A stretch of 64,000 bases of DNA from Felis catus (Eukaryota). The DNA lies in assembly GCF_018350175.1 (NCBI RefSeq), contig NC_058368.1:159466001-159530000 (forward strand), written 5' to 3'. This document shows, piece after piece, positions 25,931 through 38,649 of this stretch. Numbering within the stretch: position 1 is the stretch's first letter; every line of letters begins with the position of its first letter. Position numbers and translations under genes: made by a program. Below the pieces are notes generated by a model. The model searched no databases and was not told the origin of the DNA. It saw only the letters and a list, made by a program, of their open reading frames with translations.

Positions 25931-26917
25931 AAAAGAATAAACATAAAAATAGAATCTAGGAAAAGCTGCTAGGATTCCATGGCTCGGTCTCTGTGATCTG
26001 TAAGCCTAGGAGGATGGCTGCTCTTTCAAATACTCAACAGCCTTTCTTGGGGTTTGCCACCCCTTTTTTTCTGCCTCTTCTCATCATTGGAATGGTAGGG
26101 ATGTACAAACATGAACCCAGGTGAAAGGGTTCATCGTGCCGTTTCAATTAATATTATCTAAGTGTAGGCTGGTGTCTGACATGTCTAAAGAATTTCCTCA
26201 CTCTAAGTCCCATTTAGTAACTTCATTTCCCTGGCTTTGTCACTGTGTCCAGATCCCTTCCTGGGGGCCACAGTGATGGAGACTCAGTGTTTCTAATTCT
26301 AGGATTCCATGAATTAATTGTTTCTTTCTCTACCACTCATGCCCATATTTAAAGACAAATAGACATTTCACATATGTGACAGGACACAGTTGGAAAGACA
26401 GATCTCTCTACTTAAACTAGGCTATGGTCAGAACCCAAACTTAGAGTCAGAAAATGCTGACCTGGATCTGTGTTGCTTCAACATTGCCTTTTCATAAAAC
26501 AATTCTATTTAATTCATACGCAAAAATCAGTAGTGTCATTGCAACCCTACTCCTCAAGGTGAAACTCACATACATTCAGAAGTATTTCTAGGGAGATTAT
26601 ATAATGGAAAAAAGATTATATGTGGCATGCTTGGAGCTTTGCACATTTAAGAAAGTTAAAAGGAATCTACTCTAGTTATATGACCAAAATGTTCCATGTG
26701 TAATTTAAAAAAATCATAATATTTATACTCTTTTTCAAGGATATGTCAAAACATTTCAGCAACTTCATTTAGTTCTTATCTTTGTGTCCATCTGTGAGGT
26801 GTCAATTCAGGAGTGTTTTAAATGATCAAAAATTTACATATTTGATTGATTAATGCAACCAAAAATTAAATGACTAGGGAAGAAAGGCTGTAGCAATTTC
26901 TGTTTTTACACATTTTT

Positions 26918-27070
26918 AATGGGCTAAATAGGAGATGGATATTAAGGAAGGTACTTGTGGTGAGTACCAGGTGTTATATGTAAGTGACGAATCACTAATT
27001 CTATACCTGAAATTAATATTACACTCTATGCTAACTGGAATTTAAATAAAAACTTGGAAACAAACAAGCA
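26918..27070 (+). mobile_element. Carnivore/felid L1 3' end, heavily 5'-truncated
   Basis: ggatattaaggaaggtacttg…gagtaccaggtgttatatgtaagtgacgaatcactaattcta…ctgaaattaatattacact…aatttaaataaaa. Confidence 0.8.
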
Positions 27071-27188
27071 AAGGTTTTTTTACCATAGCAATTTGTACAG
27101 CAAAATCATATCTGTGTGTGTATGTATAGAGTAAGTGTGAATTTACTGATAACCCCATATCAATAATGTATATTTTAAAATGAATCTC

Positions 27189-27410
27189 GGGGCGCTTAGT
27201 GGGTGGCTTAGTCGGTTGAGCAACTGGCTTCGGCTCAGGTCATGATCTCACAGTTCGTGACTTCGAGCCCCGCATCAGGCTCTGTGCTGACAGCTCGGAG
27301 CCTGGAGCCTGCTTTGGATTCTGTGTACCCCCCTCTTCTGCCCCTTATCCACTCATGCTCTGTCTCTCTCTGTCTCTCAAAAATGAACCAATTTTTAAAA
27401 AAAATTTAAA
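27189..27410 (+). mobile_element. Can-SINE
   Basis: Canonical body; TSD aaaatgaatctc at 27177-27188 and 27411-27422. Confidence 0.95.
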
Positions 27411-30400
27411 AAAATGAATCTCAGGTAAATTGGTTGCAACATCACACTCGAATATCGAAATCTTATTCATGCTCTGTAATATTTTCAAGCACTTTCTTCA
27501 TTTTCTATGTTGTATTTCTCAAAGAAGATCGAAATAATCTTCAGTTTAAAGACTATGTATGCAGTTTCTTTAGACTGAGGCCTTGAAATTAGTATAGTCT
27601 TCACACAGTGGTCCTTCAATATGCATTATATGATTTAATCAGAGAATCGGTTATGTTATATGGTATCTTACAGGGCAAGGAAAGTAATACCCAGATCTGC
27701 TGTCCAGTGGTAGTGAAGAGGCACTGAAGCCCTAGTGTAAACATCACAAAAGTTGGTTCTGTGGGGAGAGAAAGAAGGAAAAGGTTTTCTGTTAAGTGGG
27801 AGTTGTAGACCTTATTTGTACCCTGCTTCTGAGCTCTATCCTTCAAAGTTTTTAGTGGCTCCTTTCTATCTCTTTGTGTTTATGTCTGTTTCCTTCACTG
27901 GACCCTGTGTTCTCTGATGAGAAATTACATCTTGTTCACACTAGTTCCAATAGAGCCCTAGCCCAGTGATTTGCAAATACAGTAAGTAAATATTATTTTG
28001 GATTAGCTTCTGCTATTGGTTCAGATTTTTGCTTACAGGCTTGACCTCTTTACAAATTTAGGTAATCTCTAAGAGCTTCTTCTCTCCCTTAGCTTCTTCT
28101 AAGTATTCTTGTTCAACACTTTGATGTTTTGGTGACAGTTGCAGGTTAACTAACTTGGGACATTGTAAGTGCAGAATCCTTCCAACACAAGGTTAGATGG
28201 ATGAAATACTTTGATGCAGAACAAATCAGAGCCTTAATCTCATTTTGTCCTGATAGAAACTTTCATTTTGTCAACTGTGGCTCAACTTCTCCTCCTCAGC
28301 TTTTCACAGGAGAAGCCACAGCCTCTCCTTCTCTTCTGAGTAAATCTTTTTCTTTGGCTACAGGTGGGGTTTTGTCCATAAATAAAATGGTTTTGTACTT
28401 GTCTCTGTCCACTCTCTACTGTGAACTTCAACAGAAAAACCTTAGCAAACTCTTTCCTCTTCAGTACACTCACCCTGGGTTGCTTCTTTTGATTTGAATA
28501 TCTGTGGGAGTATTTCTCTTTTTTTCATTCTGTTGGAAGGGGTTAGGTGATCAGATTTCACTTCTATAGCTAAACCAGCTGTAATTCAGGCAAACCTTCA
28601 GGAGATATGTAGCACAACTCCAGCTGTTTCAAGGCTGTGGAGACCTGACGGTTCCAGCCAACTAAACCCCTTTAGGTATCAGAGAAAGTCCCTCAAAGAC
28701 AGCAGCAGCCATTGAGCAGATGGCTATTTTTGTCTGTTTGTCTGTTTGTTGTTTTTATACCTTATAGGGTTGACTCCTTTGTTCTTTTAAGCTAAATTTA
28801 GTCATTGTCCTTGAAAAGTTAAGAGGATGAATCAGAGGAGAGAAATAGGAGAGACTGAACCTGAAGAGAAAAAGCTTAAGTGCAGTGCTGGCAAATCCCT
28901 TTTTAGACTGAAGATGAATAGTATAGACTAAATAAAGGCATAAGAGTAGTTCTAAATCAAAGAAAATGGACGTTCCCAGAGGTAAGGTCAGTTTTTACTG
29001 TAACCACACACAAGTAGAGAACCCTTGGCCAAAAAAAAGTAGAACAAAATAGGACAGGACTTAATTCTGTGTACTTCTATGGATTTTTACTTTACTCTTC
29101 CATCTCAGCATGAGACAAAAGCATTCTTCTTTGAAGAGGTTTTTTTTTTGTCTTTTTTTTTCTCCCCCTAGTTGCAGCTATGTATACCATAATATGGTCA
29201 GTTCCTCTCAGGGTAAATGCCTTCATTATACAGATTCCCAGAAAATCTACCACTTAATCTGACACATTAACTTTTCTGAGAAGCAGAAGTACACTGAGCT
29301 TTACAAAACGAAAAAGTGGAAAGGACCTTCCTGAGAGGCTTGGTGTGTGCTCACACAGCTAACTCAAGTTGATTGCTCAAGCAATTGAAGGCCACAGGAG
29401 AAGCACACTGGACATGGGCTTCTGCTTTCTACATTGTTAAATTGCCACCAAATATGACCCCATCCCAGGAAGAAAACATTTTGTCAGAAGTATTCTCTCA
29501 ATGACTCATGTTTGATTTCCTGTCAGGAATCTTACCATCTTAGTAAACAAGTGTAGAAAACAGTCAGATTAGAAGACAGGTTCAGTATCTATGGTGGTAG
29601 CATAACTAAAGGAAAAATACAAATCACCTGACCTATCCATCTGAAACAGTATTCTAGGACTGCAACACTTCTTATTTTACCACATTCCATACAGGAATGA
29701 TGGAAATAAAGACAGCTTGGTTGAAAAGTAATACATAAGGAAAGTATAGAACACACCAAAAAAAAAAAAAAGGAAATTAATCAGATTATTTTCTCAGCCT
29801 CCAGTGGTTATTGCAGATGTTCTCATAGGTCTCAGGACATCTGCTGTTCATCAATTGCAGCAAATACATGGTGTTGCCATAAAGCACAGCATTGCTCTTG
29901 TATTTACAGTCTGGGTATTTCCCACTTTTTCTTTCATGCTTTGCTTCTATAATTTATAGTGTTCAAGAAATTAGTTATTCTAGGCAGCTTTTGTTCATGG
30001 TAGTAAAGTCAGATTCCCTTCATTCAATGCATCTTGAAGGTGGAGAAATCCTTGCCTTTTGATGAGCATAAAGGAAGCAGTGGTTAATCCGTTTTTTTAA
30101 ACATCTACTTTGTTTGCTTTTTTGTTCATTTTTTTTATTCTGATCTTTATTTCCTTAAATTAAGCACTTGGCAAATTAACTTGAACTGAATAACCATTCA
30201 TTACAGAAAACAATTTAAGGACCATGAATTGTTTGTCCTCAATTTATTAGCTGCCAGACTTTTAGCAAAACTGCTAAAGATGACTCTTTATAACAATTCT
30301 ATCTTTATAATTTCTTAATACTCAGATATGAAAGAACATTTTTAATAATAGATATTTTAGTTAGAAACAATTAAATTTACAGATATTGGAAATTATCTAT

Positions 30401-31684
30401 GCAAATATATATAGACAGTTTATAAATCAAAAAACTTAAAAATGCATATCACATAGGAGCATCAAAAAATCTGAAACCAATAAATACAGTTTAACTTATG
30501 AACAAATATAGGATCTGATACAGGTTTATAAATACAAAAAGAGAGATCTCTATCCTGTCATTTTATGACTTAAGTAAAAAATAAAAATAACAAGGAAAGA
30601 AATAAGACTGTGTTGATATGTAAATATAATTGCAAATGTGTTTCTTGGTTGTTTAAATCACACATTATGAATAAGTGCTTTTGTTTTCCATGTCCCTGTA
30701 GGATATATTAGGTCAAATGTCAGCTCTGGCCTCAAAATATCCTCTTAAAATCCTGTCTCTCCTTCCTCCAAAAGCAGGTGCATGAAATAAACCAGCAGGC
30801 AGTCAAAGTTGAAATTACATTTGTGTGTCCTAAATCATGACATTCAGTCTTGAAGAGAAAGAAGAAAGCACAGATGTCTTTTCACCAAAGGACCTATCTC
30901 TGTGGAAAAAAAAAGTGGGGGGAGGGACAGGAAATCACAGAGACACCACATTCCTGTTTGCTCCAACTGAGCACTTCTACAGACCTTCTTTGTATCAGAC
31001 CGAATGGAGAGCAGACTCTCACAAGTGTTCAGGCCAAGATTAGTGCTGCAAATTCTCAGCAATTCTGTGTTCACCCTGCTCTCTTTAAATTACCAAAATA
31101 TTAACATCATTTTATACTTGATCATTACAAATTTCATTTCCTGGGTAAGCAGGACAAGTTTTAGAATATTGAGAAAGGGTGAGGGAATCACTGCTGAGAT
31201 GTGAATGTGGGCCCCTTTTGGACGATTTCTTTGAATACAGTGTCCATTACTGTGGTCCTCCTATACAATTTCCTCAGTAATTTCCCTAGAATTAACATTG
31301 GGCAACTTTTAAAGGAACTATTTGAAGATCTAGACATGTAATTTAAACATTAAGATTAAGCTGTGGTGTACACCTTCATTTTCTTCCATCTTTAAATGTA
31401 AAATTTAGGATATTTTCCAAATTATGCTATTGATTTATGTGTTATTTTCGTTATTAGTGTTTCAAATATATACTTTTAGCTTTTTAAAAGACAGAAAAAT
31501 GGAATGAAAACAAAACAGAAAACAAAATGGAAATAAAATTCACACTTAACCCATATTGTTTTTTAAGGAAAACAATGGAAGTGGAAGTGGAAGTGAAAGT
31601 CCCACTCCTACCCCAATCCCATCCCCCGAAGTTATGATTATTAACATTTGTTTCTTAGCTTTCTGGACTTTATATTTCTTGCTT

Positions 31685-32060
31685 GTAAAGTATTAAAAAA
31701 GAAACAACAGGCTCAAAATGGAGTCACTTATGCTAAGCCCCCTTCAGCAAACCAAGACTTAATACCTAACGTGATAGCAGTTTCAACATCTCCCAGGGAT
31801 GTAATCGTAACCAGTCTGGAATTTCTTAGTTGTGGTAATGAAGTAATCCATCTGATAGACTCTTTCCATCACCCAAAGAAAGATGAGGTAATCTACTTTT
31901 TCCTTGCCCCTCCTCTCTTCTGTCTATAGAAACATTCCATTTTGCACCGTTCCTTGGAACTCCTTTTTCTTTGCTAGATGGGATGCTTCCTGATTCATGA
32001 ATCATTGAATAAAGCCAATTTGATCTTCAAATTTGCTTAGCTGAATGTTGTTTTTTAATA
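31685..32060 (+). mobile_element. ERV1 solo LTR (MER4/MER57-like group)
   Basis: tgtaaag start, aaaatggagtcacttatgctaa, tataga box, gattcatgaatca…aataaagccaat poly(A) region. Confidence 0.72.
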
Positions 32061-32890
32061 AAAGATATGTGTGTGCATGTGTATGTATGTATACATATAC
32101 ATTAATAAATAATATATTCATGTATACTTTACAAAAACTGATCATATTTTATCCGATATTTGTGTTTTAAATTCTTTAACAAAAATATCCTAAACACATT
32201 TTCATGGAAAAATGTGTCTCATTTAACAGATATATTATATTATATATTATGTGTAAATACTCTATTTTTTCTTGGTTCTAAATTTTGCTGTTAAAATTTT
32301 GTGTTTTTATAGACTGATAATCTTTGTGCATAGTTACATATTACACAAAGATCAAGTCCAAAAACAAAAAAAAAAAATTGCTGTGTCAAAGGGTTTGTGC
32401 ATTTTAAAATTTTCATGGGTTTTTCCTTATTGTCCTCAGCCAGCAGGAGTATGTGAAAGTACCTCTACTTCCTCCATACTTATAACTAGATATTATCAAT
32501 CTTTACAATTTATACTAAAACTGATAGGAAAGAGTTTTGCTTTGTTTTGAGTGTAAGTTGATTTGTTTGGTTGGTTCTCTTCTCACAATGCAATTTAATA
32601 TTATATGTTGAACAGCTTTTTATGTTTTCTATGAATTGCCTGTTCATATTTTACATCTTCTTTCTAATGGGCTATTATTGTTTTATAGGCACTGTTTATA
32701 TATTATGGGCTAAAAGATGACTTGCTAAAGATGTTTGAATATTTTCTGAGTCTGTTCTTTGTCATTTAAATTGATGTGAGGTATATTTATCATTCAGAAA
32801 AAAAAAATTCAGTGTCCCTAAGCATATAGATTTTCTGAGCTTTGTGGTTTTATATCTTGCTTAGGAAGTTCTTTCTTAATAAAAGGTATG

Positions 32891-33368
32891 CAGCACCCCC
32901 AAGCACCACCCTTATCCATGGTTTTGCTTTCCTCAGTTTCAGGCACCCATAGGCAACCAGTCAACCACAGTCTGGAAGCAGATAATCCTCCTTCTGACCT
33001 ATCATCAAAAGGTTATTATTAACCTAATGCTAGGTCGTTCACCTTTCTTCATCTCATCACATGGGAATTCTATCATCTCACATCATCACAATAAGAAGGG
33101 TGAGTACAGTACAATAAAATATTTTGAAAGAGAAAGAAAAACCACATTTGTATAACTTTTATTTTAGTATATCATTATAATATTTCTATGTTATTATTAG
33201 TTATTATTGTTAATCTCTTACTATTCCCAATTTATAAATTTACCTTGTCCTGGGTATGCATGTAGAGGAAAAAACATAGTGTATATATAAGGCTCAGTAA
33301 TGTCTGCAGTTTCAGACATCCACTGGGGGTTTTAGAATGCGTCCTTCATGGATAAGGAGGACTACTAT
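32891..33368 (+). mobile_element. TcMar-Tigger non-autonomous element, MER44 family
   Basis: cccttatccatggttttgctttcc start; cagtttcagacatccactggggg…ggataaggaggactact end (terminal inverted repeats). Confidence 0.85.
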
Positions 33369-33415
33369 AAAAGAGTCTCCATTATTTTAAGTTTAGATCT
33401 TTCATTCATTTGGCT

Positions 33416-33421
33416 TGTGTG

Positions 33422-33460
<39 letters not shown>

Positions 33461-33477
33461 TGTGTGTGTGTGTGTGT
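33416..33477. repeat. (TG)n microsatellite
   Basis: Directly visible. Confidence 0.97.
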
Positions 33478-33589
33478 AATGAATTATACAGGCATCTAAA
33501 TGATTTATTTACTTAATTTCAAACAAATTACCAATTAAGATAGATTTTAGAGAATGAGAAACATTTTATAGGACAAGTCCTCTTCCATT

Positions 33590-33793
33590 ATTTTTCTTTT
33601 TTTTCGTGTTTATTTATTTATTTTATGAGAGAGAGCACACACAAGCAGAGAAGGAGCAGAGAGAGAGAGAGGTAGAAAGAGAATCCTAAGCAGTGCAGAG
33701 CTGATGTAGGGCTCAAACTCACAAACTGTGAGATCATGACCTGAGCCAGTCAAAAGTCAGATGCTTAATTGAGTGAGCCACCCAGGCTCCCCC
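33590..33793 (-). mobile_element. Can-SINE
   Basis: tttatttatt tail, gagaga, gagatcatgacctgagcc, gagccacccaggctcccc. Confidence 0.92.
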
Positions 33794-35032
33794 ATTTTCC
33801 ATTTTTAAAATAAACTTTTAATCCACCTCTCAAGGTCGTACCCTCCAAACAGATATGCACATAACCCACCCCCCCACACACACATACCCTCACTCTATAG
33901 ATTAAATTCTAAATACAATAAAAAAATCACTTATATCAAATGATGATGAATTAATCTATTTATAATGTTAAGTCCTCCTATTCAGCACCGTGGTATGTTT
34001 TGCTATTAACTCAATTTTTATGTTATGACTGTCAATTATTACGATTTTCTTTATGTAGGTCAGATGTGTTAGTAAGAGGTATTCATGTAGGCAGCGGCTA
34101 TCTCATGATATCAGAAATGGGAGAAGGCAGCTCAGAGCCATGCAAATGGAAACTGTGCAGAAAAGATTAGGTAATATCTATGGCATTGACTGTTAACCCC
34201 AGGAATTTTTAAAAGCATGATCACTAAAGGGTTTCTTGTAATAATTAGGCCAAAAAAACTGCAACTATTTGGAGCTAAAAAAAAAAGAGGGGGGATTACA
34301 GGGACTAAATTACAGCTGTGGTGAGTTAAAACTTTCAGCCAGTTGTTACCGATAGTTGCTTTCAATTTTTAAGTCACAACCCCCCTGATGTTGTGCCCTC
34401 CCTCTCATGTATCCAGTGGCAGTCCACATGGAAACAACCACCTGGCTTGTAAAGTCTCGGGCCACTGACTCAGCACCAACGGCAAACATTTCCATTCAGT
34501 TCATTCTGCTGCTTCCTAGCCCCAGTTCCAACACAGAACATCAATATTAAACTAATCTTTCAAGCACCTGGTACAGATCTTAACTCCTAATTACTTACTA
34601 CAGTGTTTAGGCCCTTAGTTTTCTGTTTGAAGGATTTGAAAAAGTGAAGAAAGGTTTGACCACAGGAAGAAGCATCAAACATTAGAGAAGGAAGCAGAAC
34701 TCAGTTATGTTTTAGAAGCCAACGGGTTGGCTGAGTGGTGATACCTCTTGGGTCCCTAAAAAATCCTGTTTATAAAAACTGATTCCCATACAGAACAACA
34801 TTAACTATTTTTGTGATTTTCACAAAGGTTTGCACAAGAGATTTTATTTAAATGCCAGTATAAGTCAGCAAATGTGCTTTAAATTATCCAGTATTTTCTT
34901 CCCCACTGAACCTTTTCAGACATAGACTATTGAAGGCACCATTCCAGATTGTTTTATTTTGTGCCATCCATGGTTTTTTTAGGTTTCTAAAAATTTTGCA
35001 AAAATAAAAAACTTGTATTGGACTTCCTTGTA

Positions 35033-35230
35033 AGGGTGCCTGGGTGGCTCAGTTGATTAAGCGTTCATGTCATGATCTCACCACTCCTGGGTTCCAGCCC
35101 CACGTTGGGCTCTGTGCTGACAGCTCAGAGCCTGCAGCCTGAGGCTCCCTCTCTCTGTGTCTCCCTCTCTCTCTGTCCCTCCCCACTCACACTCTCTCTG
35201 TCTCTCTCTTAAAAATAAACATTAAAAAAA
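35033..35230 (+). mobile_element. Can-SINE with internal deletions
   Basis: gggtgcctgggtggctcag head, ggctctgtgctgacagctcagagcct, (CT)n. Confidence 0.9.
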
Positions 35231-35775
35231 GATAAACTGTGGTACATGCACACAATGGAATTATTTGATGATTAAAAAAAAGATTGTCAAGCCATGAAAA
35301 CACATATTACCATGTGAAAGACGTAAATCTGAAAAGGGTACATACTGCATGAGCCCAGCTATATGCTATTCTGAAAAAGGCAAAACTATAGAGATAACAA
35401 AAAGATCAACAGTTGCCAGGAGCACAGGGGCGGAAGGAAGAATGAATAGGTAGGACACATGGTATTTTTAGGACAGTGAAACTATTCTGCATGATACTGT
35501 AATGGTAGATACAGGATATTATACATTTGTCAGACTCAGAGGATATATAGCACAAAGAGTGAACTCCTGGCAAACTAAACTTCAGTTAATAACAATCTGT
35601 AAATATTGACTTTTCAATTATTACAAATGTACTACACTACCGCAAGATGTTGGAAATAAGGGAAACTAGGTATGTATGAACCAGGAGAGTGGGAGTAGTA
35701 TGGGACATCTCTATGCTTATTGTCCAGTTGATCGGTAAACCTGAAACTGCTCTAGAAAATAACATCTGTTAATGT
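35231..35775 (+). mobile_element. L1MC1/L1MC2-like 3' end
   Basis: gataaactgtggtacat…aaaaggcaaaactatagaga…gtgaaactattctgcatgatactgtaatggtagatac…taaacctgaaactgctct. Confidence 0.88.
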
Positions 35776-37247
35776 CAGAAATGCAAAAAACAAAAATAAA
35801 AAGCTTAAGGTAAAGTGCAGCGTTCCCTCAAGCACATTGTTCACTACAATTTGAGATAGTGAGATAATTTCATAACCATATTTAGAATTCTACAACTAAA
35901 TGCACTGATGATCTGTTTCCTACCAAGTTTTTTACAATAATTTATCCAAAAATTTCCTTCTGGGTTATCTTTTTCAAAAAAGGAAAAACAGAAGAAAATG
36001 GTGTATGAATCAATTCACGAAATTGGTCAGTTCGGGAAGGTACAAACAGGAACAGAGAAGAGATCATGCCTGAGAAGAGATGCTTTGGGTTGTGTTTAGG
36101 ATGTTTCTCATTTCAGAGTCTCCAGACTTGCTGCCATTAGCTTTGTTCCATTTATATTATAGATATTAAACCAAATTGTCCATTTTAAAGTCCACTGGTC
36201 GCAGCCAAAACACTTCAGGCAGACTGCATATTGGGAATCTGCCTCTCAGCAGTTAGTGCTGAAATCTGGATGGTAATGACTGGTCTCAGGCATGTCTGAA
36301 CTGGTGTCAGGAAAATGGATCAGGATCCCAGAATTCATCTTTATATAAATAAACATCACAGTAGATGTGAACGAGGAATACGAGACTGGGAGATGAAGTG
36401 CAGTGCAGGTTGTATTTCATTTAAGAGAGCTGTCATACCGGGGATTGGGTCTGTGTAGTACTGAGATGTATGTTCCCAACAATGTTCCTAGCTCTATACC
36501 ACTCAAAAATAATGAGGAGAATCTTTTCCCCATACATCCCAGCAAGTGGCAGAGCTCAAAAAGGAATGGCTGATTTTAAAGAGACATTTTTTCTCCTTCA
36601 CAAAGCTTCTAAATGTTAATATGGTATATTCCAGAAGTTTTATCTTTATAACATCACCCTGTGTTCAATTTCATAGCAGGGGTAACAAAACAGACAAAAT
36701 ATTTTTTTTAAAAATTAACAAAGAAAAACTATTTCTTTTGTTGCAAATCAATTTTTAATTTAACTCTCATAGTATTTTGCTCTCTTATCTAAGTTTATTT
36801 TAAAATATGAGATGGCTTTGTTAAATTGTGCTGTCTTAGCACTTGGGATATAGGCTTCTGAGGAATGAAAATTAAGATGACCAGATATTGTCTTCATTAT
36901 AATAGCAATGTCACTTAAGTTTCTGTCCATTAACTTGAGGAACCTCCATTGGATTGCAATTTCAGGGTAGCTATTTTTTTTTCAAAAAATTCCAGAATCA
37001 GGCCAGAAGTAGCCCAGAAGAATATTATGCCCAAAGTACTCTGTAACAATAATGTACAAAAAGATTAACACATAACTTTAAGGGATGCTCAGAGTTTTTT
37101 TTAGTCAAATCCAGGGTGCACTTAATTGTTCTATACATCCTAAATGAAACTAGTTTTTAAAAAGTCAGTCTTAAAAATAAATCTCAGATCCTATATGTTG
37201 GTGCAGACTTTAGGAATTAGTCTAAATCTCGCCAATTCCTTCTAAAT

Positions 37248-37473
37248 CAGAGTTTCTCACCCATGGCCCTGTGGACATGTGTTGGATAGCCATGTTGTGA
37301 GGGGACTGTCCTCTGCATTACAGGATGTTTAGCAGTACCCAGGCCTCTACCCACTGATGCCAGTATCATCCTCCACCAGAGTAACATTGAAAAATGTCTC
37401 CAGACATTGCAGTATCTCCCCCCGGGGTGGGGCAGGGGGAGGAGGTAAAATTCATCTGAATTGAGAATTATTG
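37248..37473 (+). mobile_element. hAT-Charlie MER20, full length
   Basis: cagagtttctca…gtgaggggactgtcct…aaaaatgtctccagacattg…ttgagaa; intact 8-bp TSD ttctaaat at 37240-37247 and 37474-37481. Confidence 0.92.
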
Positions 37474-37837
37474 TTCTAAATCTCCCCCAGTGCTTTTCAT
37501 CCAGAATGTGCTTGAACACATGTAGAGATAAGGAAATTGCTATAAAGTGAGGCTTTCAATTCAACATTTGTAACTTTGAGCTACATTGAAATCAAGGTGA
37601 CTGAAATGTTATTTGGGTCACTGCCCTTCTCTATCCAACACCTTCTACTCCCCCTGAAAACAAACCACTCACCTTTTGAGATTCAGAATGAAGGTACAAT
37701 CTTCACGAAGCCCTTCCTGATCTCTCTTCAAATTTACAAGTGATTCTTCTCTCCCAAGTGTCTCTCCCAAATCCCTTTCTTTTCTTCCTATCTTCCTTCT
37801 TTCTCCCTCGCCCTCCTTCTTTCCTCTCTTTTATCAA

Positions 37838-38120
37838 AATAATAATAATAATAATAATAATAATTAATAATAAAGTACATACATAAACTCCTACTATGTG
37901 CCAAGCACTTTTCTAAATTCTGGAGTTAAAATACTAAGCGAAGTAGACGAACCAACATCCCTCATAGAGTTTATTTTCTATAGTGAACTTGGAGGGAGAA
38001 TGACAGTTATTAAGATAGTGATAAATTCTAAGAAAAAATAAAATAGAAAGTGAAAGAATTGAAATTTTATAGAGAATCATCATTGTCTCACAAATCATCA
38101 AGATGGTGTTTTGAGAAAAG
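37838..38120 (-). mobile_element. (AAT)n tract followed by L2 3' fragment
   Basis: (AAT)n at 37838-37872; ctactatgtgccaagcact…ccctcatagagtt. Confidence 0.65.
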
Positions 38121-38649
38121 AGAGGACAGAGGTGTGGGGTGAATTACAGCTCAGTGTGATCAAAAAGCATGGCAGCCCGAAGGGACAGCAGGTGTAACTG
38201 GACGGTTGCGCTGTGTTTCATTCTTAATACACATAAGGAGAAGACACAGAGATGAGTTTTGGTTATCCACACACTTCTTGAAATATAAACAGTGCTCAAG
38301 ATATTATTTTTAATGAACACAAACATTTTTATTTACCTTTTCCAAACACAGGTCTCCTAACTGCCAGAGTCAGAAAGTTTTACTAACTTCAGATTTCTTT
38401 AATTTGGAGCTGTATGAAAATGTCTTAACATACATATGCTTTAGAATTCTTATGGAATTCTTTACTATCTACCTATGCATCTATCTTTCTATATACCTAC
38501 CTAACAGCATCTGTCTCTATATCTACTTAACAAAAGCAAATGTAATTGTAACAAACCAAAATGGCTTACGTTAGGAGTCTAATATTAAGGTTGAAGTCTT
38601 TCATTATTTTGCTTGTTTGTTTTTTTTTTATTGTTCCACCAACAACTGT

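Larger units (their letters stand above)
31460..33410 (-). mobile_element. Old L1 (L1ME-like) 3' region hosting an LTR and a Tigger element
   Basis: Antisense L1ME motifs (ctatgaattgcctgttcatat, tcttgcttaggaag, tttagatctttcattcatttgg). Confidence 0.6.

Noticed and set aside
33981..38190. REST/RE1-like half sites (ttcagcacc at about 33981, tcagcacc at about 34470, ggacagc at about 38183)
   Set aside because: None has both halves at canonical spacing
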